50,892 nucleotides of DNA from an uncultured bacterium. GTDB taxonomy: Bacteria; UBP14; UBA6098; B30-G16. Below, piece after piece: positions 17,968 through 27,143 of this stretch (its first letter is position 1; every line of letters begins with the position of its first letter). The stretch lies in contig CBEVQY010000020.1 in the NCBI GenBank assembly GCA_965552135.1, forward strand, positions 1-50,892. The letters run 5' to 3'. The notes beneath the pieces were generated by a model. It ran no database searches. It saw nothing but the letters and a program-made list of their open reading frames with translations, and was not told the DNA's origin. Made by a program: the position numbers and the translations under genes.

Positions 17968-18705
17968 CTACCGTCTCCTCCTCCTGGACGGCGGTCTACC
18001 GCGAGGCGGTCTTGCCCTGCGCTCCTGCTCCCTCTCCTCGCGAAGCGCCCTCTCCCAGTACTCGTGCATGCCGCCGAGGATATCGCCTTTGTATATCCAA
18101 ACCTTCACGCCGACTGTGCCGTACGTTGTGAAGGCGGTTGCCTTCGCGTAGTCGATGTCGGCGCGGAGGGTGTGGAGCGGTATTCGACCCTCCTTGTACT
18201 CCTCCGCGTGAGCGATCTCCGCTCCGCCGAGCCTGCCCGAGCACCTTATCTTGATGCCCTTGGCGCCCATGCGCATTGCGGCGGTTATGGCGCGCTTCAT
18301 CGCACGCCTGTGGTTTACGCGACCCTCGATCTGGCGCGCTATCATCTTGGCGACAAGATAAGCGTCAAGCTCGGGCTTCCTTATCTCGAGGACGTTGAGC
18401 TGAACGTCCTTTTTGGTCAAAAGCTCAAGCTCCTTTTTGAACTGCTCAATCTCGACGCCGCCCTTGCCTATAACCATCCCAGGGCGCGCGGTGTAGATGT
18501 TTATCGTCACGCGCTTGGGGGAACGGATTATCTCTATCTGCGAGACGTCGGCTTCGTCGAAGCGCTTACGGGTATACTCCCGGATCTTGAGGTCCTCAAG
18601 CAGGTTCTCGCGGTACTGCTTGCTGCCTATTGGCGCAAACCACTTCGAGTTCCAGGAGCGGATGATGCCAAGCCTAAGCCCTATGGGATTCGTCTTCTGA
18701 CCCAA
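17968..18705 (-). CDS. rpsC: 30S ribosomal protein S3
   Basis: [13 protein letters not shown]...GRLGGAEIA...[14 protein letters not shown] start with AAAGGAGG RBS. Confidence 0.98.
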   Translation of the reverse strand: MGQKTNPIGLRLGIIRSWNSKWFAPIGSKQYRENLLEDLKIREYTRKRFDEADVSQIEIIRSPKRVTINIYTARPGMVIGKGGVEIEQFKKELELLTKKDVQLNVLEIRKPELDAYLVAKMIARQIEGRVNHRRAMKRAITAAMRMGAKGIKIRCSGRLGGAEIAHAEEYKEGRIPLHTLRADIDYAKATAFTTYGTVGVKVWIYKGDILGGMHEYWERALREEREQERRARPPRGRPPSRRRRR

Positions 18706-18776
18706 GCCAAAACCTCCTTTTTGATGCCCCTACGGTATAAAACACTCCCCAAAAAGGACAGGACAAACGACGAAGA

Positions 18777-19235
18777 TTATTCTGTGCATAGCCCTGTGCA
18801 TCGAGTTTCTTTTAAGCTCGACGACGCGGGGCTCGAACTTTCTGCCGCCCCCGTCCTCAACAGCCCTCCCGTCTTGTTCTTCAGGACAACCCTCCCCAAA
18901 AGCGTCCCCTCCATTTCGGCGTGAGCGACGCCGCAGAGCGAGAGCTCCTTTTCGAAATCTCTCGCCCTCTCGTTGGCGACCTCGGCGTAGAACCTGTTCC
19001 GCTCGTATATAAAAAGCCAAAGCGAAGCCAAAACCGTTCCGAAGACCGCCAAAGGCAGCCGCTTCAGAAGAGCGAACCAATATGAACTTCCCTGCAGCTG
19101 CGGGATGTAGGCGAACAACGCCCCCACGAAAACCAAAACTATCGCCCCAATCGTCCACGCCAAGCTGTCGTAGTGTCTTTTTTCAGCTAAGCACTGCTCA
19201 TATGCCGCAATCAGGTTTTCGCTTGGTCCGCTCAT
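18777..19235 (-). CDS. Uncharacterised membrane protein inserted in the S10 operon (possibly frameshifted, alternative end at 18730)
   Basis: ATG overlaps the rplV stop (ATGA); MSGPSENLIAAYEQCLAEKRHYDSLAWTIGAIVLVFVGALFAY...LPLAVFGTVLASLWLFIYERNR; two hydrophobic helices. Confidence 0.7.
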   Translation of the reverse strand: MSGPSENLIAAYEQCLAEKRHYDSLAWTIGAIVLVFVGALFAYIPQLQGSSYWFALLKRLPLAVFGTVLASLWLFIYERNRFYAEVANERARDFEKELSLCGVAHAEMEGTLLGRVVLKNKTGGLLRTGAAESSSPASSSLKETRCTGLCTE

Positions 19236-19582
19236 CGACTCTTCTCCACCGTGTCGAGCTCTATCCATATGTGGGAGAACCGGTGCATATAGGGTGCTGC
19301 CCTTCCGCGCGATATGGGTCTCCACCGCTTCAGCCTGTGCGCCTCGTTGATCATAAGCTTCGATATGAAAAGCTCCTCCTGCTTGACGTGCACGTCCTCG
19401 CGATTGAGGGCGTTGGCGACGGCTGACTTTAAAGCCTTGTGAAGTATCCTGGCGCCCTTTTTGTTTATGAAGGGCAGCATAGCGAAGGCTTCGTCCACCC
19501 TCTTGCCCCTTATGAGGTCGGCAACGAGACGAAGCTTGCGGGGCGATATGCGAACGTATTTCCACTGCGCACGGGATATCAT
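19232..19582 (-). CDS. rplV: 50S ribosomal protein L22
   Basis: YVRISPRKLRLVADLIRGK...KSAVANA...RGRA. Confidence 0.97.
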   Translation of the reverse strand: MISRAQWKYVRISPRKLRLVADLIRGKRVDEAFAMLPFINKKGARILHKALKSAVANALNREDVHVKQEELFISKLMINEAHRLKRWRPISRGRAAPYMHRFSHIWIELDTVEKSR

Positions 19583-19598
19583 AAACCCTCCGTTCCGC

Positions 19599-19886
19599 TT
19601 ACTTCTTCCTTATGACCTGCCTTGCTTTCTTGCCGCCGTGTGCACGGAAGATAGTTGTCGGCGCGAACTCGCCGAGCTTGTGACCGATCATGTTCTCGGT
19701 TATGTAAACCGGGATGAACTTGTGCCCGTCGTGAACGGCTATCGTGTGCCCAACGAACTCAGGGATTATCGTGCTTCGGCGCGAGTAGGTCTTTATCACC
19801 TTCTTCTCGCCCCGAGCGTTTAGCTTCTCTATCCGCTCCAAAAGCTTCCTGTCGACATACGGCCCCTTTTTCAGCGACCTCGGCAT
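19599..19886 (-). CDS. rpsS: 30S ribosomal protein S19
   Basis: [12 protein letters not shown]...[20 protein letters not shown]. Confidence 0.98.
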   Translation of the reverse strand: MPRSLKKGPYVDRKLLERIEKLNARGEKKVIKTYSRRSTIIPEFVGHTIAVHDGHKFIPVYITENMIGHKLGEFAPTTIFRAHGGKKARQVIRKK

Positions 19887-19921
19887 ATCGGCAAAACCTC
19901 CTTGTTTACACACCCCTTGCT

Positions 19922-19949
19922 ATTATGTCGAAAACAAGCACGATTTCAA
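19922..19949 (-). promoter_or_regulatory. Putative internal promoter between rplB and rpsS
   Basis: TTGAAA-16 nt-CATAAT in a 73-nt AT-rich spacer. Confidence 0.45.
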
Positions 19950-19959
19950 GACAAAAAAC

Positions 19960-20877
19960 TTACTTCCTGCGCTTGATGATGAGTCTGTCGGACGGTTTGT
20001 TCTTCTTTCTCGTTTTGTATCCCTTGCAGGGTTTGCCCCAGGGGGTCATGGGCGTTTTGTAGCCCTTTTGTTTTCCGCCTTCGCCGCCGCCGTGAGGGTG
20101 GTCGATTGGGTTCATGGCGACGCCGCGGACCTTGGGTCTTCTGCCGAGCCACCGAACCGCACCGGCTTTGCCGTAGGAGATGTTGCCGTGGTCGAGGTTG
20201 CCAACCTGACCTATAGTCGCGTAGCAATCGCCCTGAAAGCGCCTGATCTCGCCCGAAGGAAGCCTCACCGCAACGTAGGGAACCTGAATCTTTTTAAGGA
20301 TCGTTTTGTGGTCGTCGTCGAAGATCGTGTGGGTTGTGTAGGTTTCCTCACGCCCCACGATCTGAGCCACTGCACCCGCCGACCGAACAACCTGACCGCC
20401 TTTGCCGGGCTTAAGCTCGAGGTTGTGTATCCTCGTCCCAACGGGGATCTTGTAGAGGGGCAGGGCGTTGCCGACCTTGATCTCGGGGACGACCTTGTCG
20501 ATCTCGAGCGCCTTCGTGCTGTAGGATATTATCCTATCGCCCACCGAGAGGCCAAGCGGCGCGAGGATGTATCGCTTTTCGCCGTCGGTGTAGTGTATGA
20601 GCGCGATGAAGGCGGAGCGGTTGGGGTCGTACTCTATTGCCGCAACCTTTCCCTCGATGTCGCGTTTGTCGCGCTTGAAGTCGACGATTCTGTAGCGTCG
20701 TTTGTTGCCGCCGCCCCTGTGGCGCACCGTTATGCGACCGGTGTTGTTCCTTCCGCCGCTGCGCTTCCAGGGCGCAAGAAGCTTCTTCTCGGGCTCGCTT
20801 TTGGTAAGCTCGGAGTAATCGAGCGCGATCTTCTGGCGCAAGCCCGGCGACGTGGGTTTAAAGTGCTTCACGCCCAT
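19960..20877 (-). CDS. rplB: 50S ribosomal protein L2 (305 aa, two insertions)
   Basis: [53 protein letters not shown] before ATG 20877. Confidence 0.98.
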   Translation of the reverse strand: MGVKHFKPTSPGLRQKIALDYSELTKSEPEKKLLAPWKRSGGRNNTGRITVRHRGGGNKRRYRIVDFKRDKRDIEGKVAAIEYDPNRSAFIALIHYTDGEKRYILAPLGLSVGDRIISYSTKALEIDKVVPEIKVGNALPLYKIPVGTRIHNLELKPGKGGQVVRSAGAVAQIVGREETYTTHTIFDDDHKTILKKIQVPYVAVRLPSGEIRRFQGDCYATIGQVGNLDHGNISYGKAGAVRWLGRRPKVRGVAMNPIDHPHGGGEGGKQKGYKTPMTPWGKPCKGYKTRKKNKPSDRLIIKRRK

Positions 20878-20935
20878 ATCGCAACTCCCGCTTTGTTTTC
20901 GAACGAAAAGCTCCGCCCGCTCCGGGAAAGGCGCA

Positions 20936-21235
20936 TCAGACAAGCCCCTCGAAGAACGGGATCGTCTGACCTTCCTTGAGCTTTACCACCGCCTTCTTCC
21001 GCGCGGCGGTCCGCCCGACGAACCTGCCCCTCCGGCGCGGCTTGCCGGGAAGGTTCATCGTGCGAACCTCTACAACATCCACCGAAAAAAGCTCCTCTAC
21101 GCTGCGCTTTATCTGCTCCTTCGTCGCATCCGGATGAACGTAGAAAACGTAGCAGTTCTCCTTCTCACGCAGAATGTTCGACTTCTCAGTCACAACGGGC
21201 TTGATTATGATTTTGTACGGATCCACAAGCTTCAT
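20936..21235 (-). CDS. rplW: 50S ribosomal protein L23
   Basis: PVVTEKS...ATKEQIK..VEELFSV...KKAVVKL; ATG overlaps the rplD stop. Confidence 0.97.
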   Translation of the reverse strand: MKLVDPYKIIIKPVVTEKSNILREKENCYVFYVHPDATKEQIKRSVEELFSVDVVEVRTMNLPGKPRRRGRFVGRTAARKKAVVKLKEGQTIPFFEGLV

Positions 21236-21861
21236 CTTCTGCAAAGCTCCTCTATTTTGCCGAGTGCGTTCTTCTCGACGACTATGTTCTCGGATATAAC
21301 GACCTGATAAGCATTAAGCTCCCCGGTGTGGGTCACCCTGACCCTCTTTACGTTCCGCGCGCTTTTGATAACGTTTGGCTCGACCTTCTCGGTTATGATG
21401 AGGGTTGGTCTTTCGATGTTGATATCGGCGTTTCGCATTATCTCGATGAAGCGCTTGGTTTGGGGTTGAGGGAGGTCGAAGCCGTCGAAGACGCTTACGA
21501 GGTTTTCGCGAGCTCTGTCGGAGAGAACCGACGCCAGAGCGAGTCGACGCATCTTTTTGGGCATTTTGAGTCTGTAGTCGCGGGGTTTTGGGGGGAAGAC
21601 GACGCCGCCGCCGCGCCAGATGGGTGATCGTATGCTCCCGTGCCGGGCACGACCGGTTCCCTTTTGGCGCCAGGGCTTCCTGCCGCCGCCGCGAACCTCG
21701 CCGCGCGTCCTCGCGCTGTGTGTGCCTACTCGCTGGTTCGCCAAATAGGTCTTCACGTACTGCCAAACAACAGCCTCGTTGGGCTTTATACCAAAGGCGT
21801 TCTCGGGAAGCTCAACCTCGCCCGCGGGATTGCCCTCCTTGTCGAAAAGCCTTGCTCTCAT
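21232..21861 (-). CDS. rplD: 50S ribosomal protein L4
   Basis: [32 protein letters not shown]. Confidence 0.98.
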   Translation of the reverse strand: MRARLFDKEGNPAGEVELPENAFGIKPNEAVVWQYVKTYLANQRVGTHSARTRGEVRGGGRKPWRQKGTGRARHGSIRSPIWRGGGVVFPPKPRDYRLKMPKKMRRLALASVLSDRARENLVSVFDGFDLPQPQTKRFIEIMRNADINIERPTLIITEKVEPNVIKSARNVKRVRVTHTGELNAYQVVISENIVVEKNALGKIEELCRR

Positions 21862-21879
21862 CTTACGCCGCTCCCGGAT

Positions 21880-22524
21880 TTATTTCTTCGCCTGCTTCTT
21901 GCTCTTTTTTATTATGACGTATCCCCCCTTCGGTCCCGCGACGGAGCCTTTGACCAGGATGAGGTTATCCTCGGGGATGATCTTCATAACCCTAAGTGCC
22001 CTCATAACGACCGTTTTGTTCCCCATGTGCCCCGCCATCCTCGTGCCCTTCCAGACGTGGGAGGGGAAGCTTGAAGCGCCGATGGAACCCGGCGCGCGCC
22101 ATTTGTTCGACTGTCCGTGCGACTTCGGTCCGCCGCCGAAGCCGTGGCGCTTGACCACGCCGGCAAAGCCACGACCCTTCGACGTACCAACGCAGTCGAC
22201 GAGGTCGCCTTCGGAAAAAACGTCAGCTACCGTAAGCTCCTGACCGACCTTGAACCTCTCCGCAGCGTTTTCAACGCGGAACTCCTTGAGCTTCCTGAAG
22301 GGCGGCACACCCGCCTTCTTGAAGTGACCGAGCATGGGCTTGGTGACCTTGCGGGGACTTACAGGCTCGTAGCCAAGCTGGATGGCGGAGTATCCGTCGC
22401 GCTCGGGCGTCCTTATCTGCACAACACGACAGGGACCCGCGCTTATCACAGTCACGGGAACCCGCCTACCGTCCTCGGTGAAAATCGTGGTCATGCCGAT
22501 CTTCTTGCCCAAAAGCCCTATCAT
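21880..22524 (-). CDS. rplC: 50S ribosomal protein L3
   Basis: MIGLLGKKIGMT...SKGRGFAGVVKRHGF...MAGHMG; AAGGAG RBS supports ATG 22524. Confidence 0.98.
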   Translation of the reverse strand: MIGLLGKKIGMTTIFTEDGRRVPVTVISAGPCRVVQIRTPERDGYSAIQLGYEPVSPRKVTKPMLGHFKKAGVPPFRKLKEFRVENAAERFKVGQELTVADVFSEGDLVDCVGTSKGRGFAGVVKRHGFGGGPKSHGQSNKWRAPGSIGASSFPSHVWKGTRMAGHMGNKTVVMRALRVMKIIPEDNLILVKGSVAGPKGGYVIIKKSKKQAKK

Positions 22525-22556
22525 CACAGGCTCCTTGTTTTGCTCACCCTCACCCG

Positions 22557-22862
22557 TCAAAGCTCGATCTCGATATCGACGCCAGCGGGCAGCTCGACGT
22601 TCATCATCTCCTCGATCGTCTTGTCGTCGGCGCCGTAGATGTCGATGAGGCGCTTGTGAACCCTCATCTCAAACTGCTCACGGCTCTTTTTGTCGATAAA
22701 GGTCGAACGAAGCACCGTATAAACCCTCCTCCTTGTCGGAAGCGGTATCGGTCCAGAGACTATCGCCCCTGTGCGCTTCGCTATCTCAACTATCTCCTTC
22801 GCCGACCTGTCGAGGATCACGTGGTCGTATGAACGTAAGCGTATTCTGATCCTCTGCGCCAT
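22557..22862 (-). CDS. rpsJ: 30S ribosomal protein S10
   Basis: [11 protein letters not shown]...GPIPLPT...[15 protein letters not shown]...LPAGVDIEI. Confidence 0.98.
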   Translation of the reverse strand: MAQRIRIRLRSYDHVILDRSAKEIVEIAKRTGAIVSGPIPLPTRRRVYTVLRSTFIDKKSREQFEMRVHKRLIDIYGADDKTIEEMMNVELPAGVDIEIEL

Positions 22863-22919
22863 AACTCCGCTCCGTCTTGAGTGAACAAAAAAGCCCTTAT
22901 TTCAGGTTGCGTCTCCAGC

Positions 22920-22983
22920 GAGCCCTGCCGCCAACAAGCCGCGCGGGCAAGGGGAACCCGCCGCCGCTTAGGGCGCAAGGCTC
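22920..22983 (-). promoter_or_regulatory. Long hairpin in the rpsJ 5' leader (candidate r-protein leader)
   Basis: GAGCCTTGC/GCAGGGCTC outer stem with inner AAGC/GCTT and GCGGG/CCCGC stems. Confidence 0.5.
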
Positions 22984-23000
22984 TCGACGCACAGGCTAGC

Positions 23001-23028
23001 ATAATAAAAACGCCAACGTTTTTGTCAA
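23001..23028 (-). promoter_or_regulatory. S10 operon sigma70 promoter
   Basis: TTGACA-16 nt-TATTAT; the spacer carries the inverted repeat AAAAACG-N4-CGTTTTT. Confidence 0.7.
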
Positions 23029-23038
23029 CACTTTTTTC

Positions 23039-23878
23039 TCACTCAACCCACATCTGCACGCCGCGGGCAACGAAACGCTGCAAAACGAATATCACGCAAA
23101 CTGCGGGCAAAAGCATCGTCACGGCAAGAACGCTTGCCGCGCCAAGCTGACCGAACTCCGTGTAGTAGTAAATAAGTGGCGGCATCGTTCTGTGGGTGAG
23201 CTGGATGAGGATGGCGAAGGTGAACTCGTCCCACGAAAGCAGGAATATGAGGACGAAGGCTGCTGCGATGCTTCCGCGCACCGCGGGCATCGCGATGCGC
23301 ACGAACGCGCCCAGCGCAGAGCACCCGTCGATGTACGCAGCTTCCTCGAGTTCGCGCGGCAGAGCACAAAAAGCGGCGTAGCTCAAAAGCATCGCGAAGG
23401 GAACGCCCATCAAAAGGTGTGCAAGAATAAGCCCCAAACCGAGGGGGTGATTGTAGAGCCCAAGCGGTATAAGCAGCGCCGTAAGCGGCACGGCGATCGC
23501 GATCGGTGGAACGACCCTGCTTGCCGCAGCAAACCTTGTCTCAAGCACCGCCAACCTTCGCCACCTCGCCGCAGCCCAACCGGCGGGGAAGCCAAGCGCT
23601 ATCGACAAAAAAGCCGTGGCAAACGCAACCCAAAGGCTCAAAAGAACATGCTCCAGAAGCGATTGTGTTCGCACAAGCTCGGCGAAGTTCTCCAGGGTGA
23701 GCCTGTGCGGCAGGATGGGAAGCGGCCAGCGTGCGGTCTCCGCCTCGGGCGAGAACGCCTGCCTTATCACGAGCACAGGCGGCAGGACGTTGACGACGCA
23801 AAGCAGCGCAAGGGGCACCGCCCCCACCAGGCGACGGACAAACGGGACAAAACGCCTTCTCCCCGATGCGGTCCTCAT
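23039..23878 (-). CDS. Carbohydrate ABC transporter permease (MalG-like)
   Basis: EAA loop LPRELEEAAYIDGCS, SWDEF; ATG 23878 overlaps the upstream permease stop. Confidence 0.9.
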   Translation of the reverse strand: MRTASGRRRFVPFVRRLVGAVPLALLCVVNVLPPVLVIRQAFSPEAETARWPLPILPHRLTLENFAELVRTQSLLEHVLLSLWVAFATAFLSIALGFPAGWAAARWRRLAVLETRFAAASRVVPPIAIAVPLTALLIPLGLYNHPLGLGLILAHLLMGVPFAMLLSYAAFCALPRELEEAAYIDGCSALGAFVRIAMPAVRGSIAAAFVLIFLLSWDEFTFAILIQLTHRTMPPLIYYYTEFGQLGAASVLAVTMLLPAVCVIFVLQRFVARGVQMWVE

Positions 23879-24714
23879 CGACGTCTCCTTCCGAGCGCGA
23901 TAGCCGTCACGGCGGTTGCCGTAAGTAGCGCGGCGGCAAGCACAAGCGCAGCAACGTTCGCTGCCGCAGCGTCGTTGGCGTCGACCTTGTAGTAGTACGC
24001 CACCGAAGTCAAAACGGGCATCCCCTGCACGCCCAAAAGCACAAGCGGCGTGGCGAATATCCTGAATGCATCGACGGCGCGCAGCGCAAGCGAAACCAAA
24101 AGCGCGGGCAAGACAAGCGGGATCTGGATGTGCCATATCACCTGCAGCCGCGACGCGCCGTCGACCTCCGCAGCGTCGATGTAGTCGCGCGGAATCTGCT
24201 CGAGGGCGGAAAGCACGATAAGAAACACGATGGGCGTAACGCGCCACGCATCCACAGCAACGACCACAAAAAACGCAAGCGGCGTCCCCGGCGAAAGCCA
24301 ACCAACGGGATGCGCCCCAAATGCAGCAAGGATGCTGTTGAGATATCCGTGCTCGCGGAAGACGAGCTTCATCGTAAGCAGGTAAACGATCTCGGGCAGG
24401 GCGAAGGGGACGACTGCGACGGTGCGCCACAGCGCCTTCCCGCGGCGAAGGTAGTAGAACCAAAGCGCCATCGCAAGACCAACGCACGCCTCAAGCGCAA
24501 CGCTCACAAGCGGGATCACCGCGTTGTAGAGCACGGCGCGCCCGAAAAGGGGATCCGAAAACACGCGGACGACGTTGGCGGAGGATATGCGCCCGTCGAC
24601 CACAAGCGCCTCGCGGACAGCATATGCTATGGGAACGACCTGCAGCGAAAGAAAAAGGACAGCCGGCGCCAACGCCAAAGCGTATGTCAGCCTGAGGCGA
24701 AGGGCGTAGTTCAT
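23875..24714 (-). CDS. Carbohydrate ABC transporter permease (MalF-like)
   Basis: VDAWRVTP, IPRDYIDAAEVDGAS, LRAVDAFRIF; multiple TM segments. Confidence 0.9.
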   Translation of the reverse strand: MNYALRLRLTYALALAPAVLFLSLQVVPIAYAVREALVVDGRISSANVVRVFSDPLFGRAVLYNAVIPLVSVALEACVGLAMALWFYYLRRGKALWRTVAVVPFALPEIVYLLTMKLVFREHGYLNSILAAFGAHPVGWLSPGTPLAFFVVVAVDAWRVTPIVFLIVLSALEQIPRDYIDAAEVDGASRLQVIWHIQIPLVLPALLVSLALRAVDAFRIFATPLVLLGVQGMPVLTSVAYYYKVDANDAAAANVAALVLAAALLTATAVTAIALGRRRR

Positions 24715-25889
24715 CGCGAAGCGATAAGTGAGTCTATCCTCCGCTGCATCTCCTCAACGACGCTGTCCACACAGGCGCCGCCGAAGGCGATGCGATAAAA
24801 TCCGTCCTGCCAGATGCGGCTCACCTCGGGATAGGACGGGATATTTGGTCTTGCGAAGACGGCGTCCTTCATAGCCAGAAATCCCTCGAGGGCGGCTTTG
24901 TCGTCGTCGGTCATCGCCGCCCAACCCTCATCGCGGATGGGAAACCACCCAAGCCGCGAAACGAGCATCCGCTGCCCATCGGGCGAGGTTACAAACTCGA
25001 TGAACTTCGCCGCAAGGTCGGGGTGTGGCGCGGTTTTGGGGATGGCAAGATACCCGCCGCCAAGAACCGTAGCCCTCCCCCGGGGACCCGCAGGAAGCGG
25101 CGCAGTCCTGACCCGACTCGGCAAAAGTCCCTTCTCCCTCAAAAGGGGCACCGCGAAAGGCCAGTTGAAGTGGAGCAAAACCTCGCCGTGCTCCTGCGCC
25201 TGAAGCACGGTGTTTTCCTTGTAGGACCTCGCGGCGGGGTTGAGGTACTTCGCAAGCTCCTGGAGAAAGCGCAGGGCTTCCCTCGCCTGCTGGGACGACG
25301 GCTTCAGGGGATCCGCGCCAGCCTGCCAGAGAAAAGGAAAGATATCGCACACAAGCCCCTCGTAGCGCGCACACTTAAGCCCAATTCTTCCGGGATGCCT
25401 TTTTGCGAGCGCAAGGAGCTCCTCCCACGAAGCCGGCGGAGCGCCCAGGGCGGAGGCGTCGTAGAACATCGCCTGCCAGTTGAGCCTGTGGGGGACGAAG
25501 TATGTCTTTCCGTCGAAGACGCCGACGTTCCAGTTTTCCCTGCGAACGCTTTTGGCAAGCTCCGAAATCCCCGCCACAAGCGTATCGAGCGGCTGCATGA
25601 ACTTTTGCATCAGCGGCAGGAGGTATACGTCAAGCTCGACGAGGTCAAGCTCCCCTCTGCCCGCCTTCGCCTCCGCCTCCACCGCGGATCGGATCTCGGC
25701 ATACTGCTGCGCCACAAGCCGAACCTCTATCCCGCTCCGCGCGGAGAACGTATCTATCACCGCGGCGTACTTCGCCTGCTCCGACGGAAGCAGAGCGAGG
25801 GCGATCTTCACCTCACGCCTGCCGCCGCCGCACGAAAAAAACGTCAGAACACCTAAAAGAAGCAAAACACGCCTAAAAAGCCTTGCCAT
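24711..25889 (-). CDS. Sugar ABC transporter substrate-binding lipoprotein (trehalose/maltose-like)
   Basis: Lipobox-like LTFFS-C; YEGLVCD, NWPFA, APLPAGP..ATVLGG, ARP..PSYPEVS. Confidence 0.88.
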   Translation of the reverse strand: MARLFRRVLLLLGVLTFFSCGGGRREVKIALALLPSEQAKYAAVIDTFSARSGIEVRLVAQQYAEIRSAVEAEAKAGRGELDLVELDVYLLPLMQKFMQPLDTLVAGISELAKSVRRENWNVGVFDGKTYFVPHRLNWQAMFYDASALGAPPASWEELLALAKRHPGRIGLKCARYEGLVCDIFPFLWQAGADPLKPSSQQAREALRFLQELAKYLNPAARSYKENTVLQAQEHGEVLLHFNWPFAVPLLREKGLLPSRVRTAPLPAGPRGRATVLGGGYLAIPKTAPHPDLAAKFIEFVTSPDGQRMLVSRLGWFPIRDEGWAAMTDDDKAALEGFLAMKDAVFARPNIPSYPEVSRIWQDGFYRIAFGGACVDSVVEEMQRRIDSLIASR

Positions 25890-25899
25890 CGGGTCCCCC

Positions 25900-27138
25900 T
25901 CATCCTAATTCTATCCTTTCCTTCGCCCCGTAGTGTAGACCCACCATAAGCGTCAGGTATTCGCGCAGCTGGCGCGTTAGCAGGAAGTTCTCCTTGACGA
26001 AGTTGTGCGCCTTTTCGCCCATCTCCGCGAGCTTTTCGCGGTGGAAGAGGAGGTACCGTATCCTAAGCGCCGCGCCCTCGGGCGTGTCGACCAGAAAGCC
26101 CGTGTGGTAGTTTATCACCTGAAGCTTTATTCCGCCCGTGTTGCCGCCTATGACGGGTTTCCCCTTCCACATAGCCTCGGTCACAGTAAGCCCGAAGCCC
26201 TCCTTCGTCGATTTCTGCAGCACGACGTCGGCAGCGCGCTGGAGGGCGTTTATCGTGCGGTGCGAGTCGGGCGGAAGGAGCAGGATGTGGGCATCGGGAT
26301 CGCCTTTTGCGGCAGCCTTCGCCTCCGAAAACACAGCGCCGCTTTCCGGATCGTCGCGAGCCTCGCCACCCGCAAAAACAAGCTGCAGCGAAGGAACAAA
26401 ACGCTTCGCAAGCCTGTACGCGTGTATAACGCCCACGGGGTCCTTGAACCTGTCGAAGCGGGATATCTGGACCACAAGGGGTCGCTCGCGGTCGATGCCA
26501 AAGCGACGACAGACACCGTCAACCTCGTCCTCAGAAAGCTCGATGTTCTTCTCGCTTAAGGGGTCGATGCTTGGAGCTATCAGGTACTGGGGGTGAGGCA
26601 GGAAGTGGGCGAAGTCGGCGAGTGAGAACACGCTTGCGTCGTAGCCCGCGACGAACCTCCTCAAGTAGCGCCAAACCGGTCTGTAGGGTCTGCTTACGTC
26701 GATGTGGCAGCGCCATATCCACTTTCCCCGCCGCTTCGGGCAGAAGGCGATAAGCGGCGCGGGCTGCGGATCGTGGACGAAGACGAAGTCAGCATCGCTC
26801 AAAAGCTCGCGCAAACGCTCGGCATTCTGGGCGTTGGTGTGCTCGTAGAGCTCGAGCATACCCTCGTCGACCTCAATGCGGTTGCCCTGAAGCGCGTTGT
26901 GAAACGCTTTGGTCACGTTGAAGAACTCCACGGTGCCCTCGATAACCTCCCACTGTGCCTCGAGACCGAGCTCGTTCATAAGGGGCACAAGCTTTTGGAG
27001 GATTTCTGCGACTCCGCCGCCGTAGCGTGTGGAGTTGACGTGAACGACCCTTGCGCCGCGCAAAAGCGACGCAAGCTGGCGGAGGTGATCGACCACATCG
27101 CGACCGGCAACGCGGGCGTAGTCCTCCAAAGTCGGCAT
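25900..27138 (-). CDS. treT: Trehalose glycosyltransferring synthase TreT (GT4)
   Basis: HVNSTRYGGGVAEIL, FFNVTKAFHNALQG, HDPQP, WRCHID, SIDPLSEKN, SRFDRFKDP, EGFGLTVTEAMWK; start ATG 27138. Confidence 0.9.
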   Translation of the reverse strand: MPTLEDYARVAGRDVVDHLRQLASLLRGARVVHVNSTRYGGGVAEILQKLVPLMNELGLEAQWEVIEGTVEFFNVTKAFHNALQGNRIEVDEGMLELYEHTNAQNAERLRELLSDADFVFVHDPQPAPLIAFCPKRRGKWIWRCHIDVSRPYRPVWRYLRRFVAGYDASVFSLADFAHFLPHPQYLIAPSIDPLSEKNIELSEDEVDGVCRRFGIDRERPLVVQISRFDRFKDPVGVIHAYRLAKRFVPSLQLVFAGGEARDDPESGAVFSEAKAAAKGDPDAHILLLPPDSHRTINALQRAADVVLQKSTKEGFGLTVTEAMWKGKPVIGGNTGGIKLQVINYHTGFLVDTPEGAALRIRYLLFHREKLAEMGEKAHNFVKENFLLTRQLREYLTLMVGLHYGAKERIELG

Positions 27139-27143
27139 ATGCG

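Noticed and set aside
20278..20349. L2 insertion as an intein or intron
   Set aside because: Only ~21 aa, in frame, with no splicing motifs
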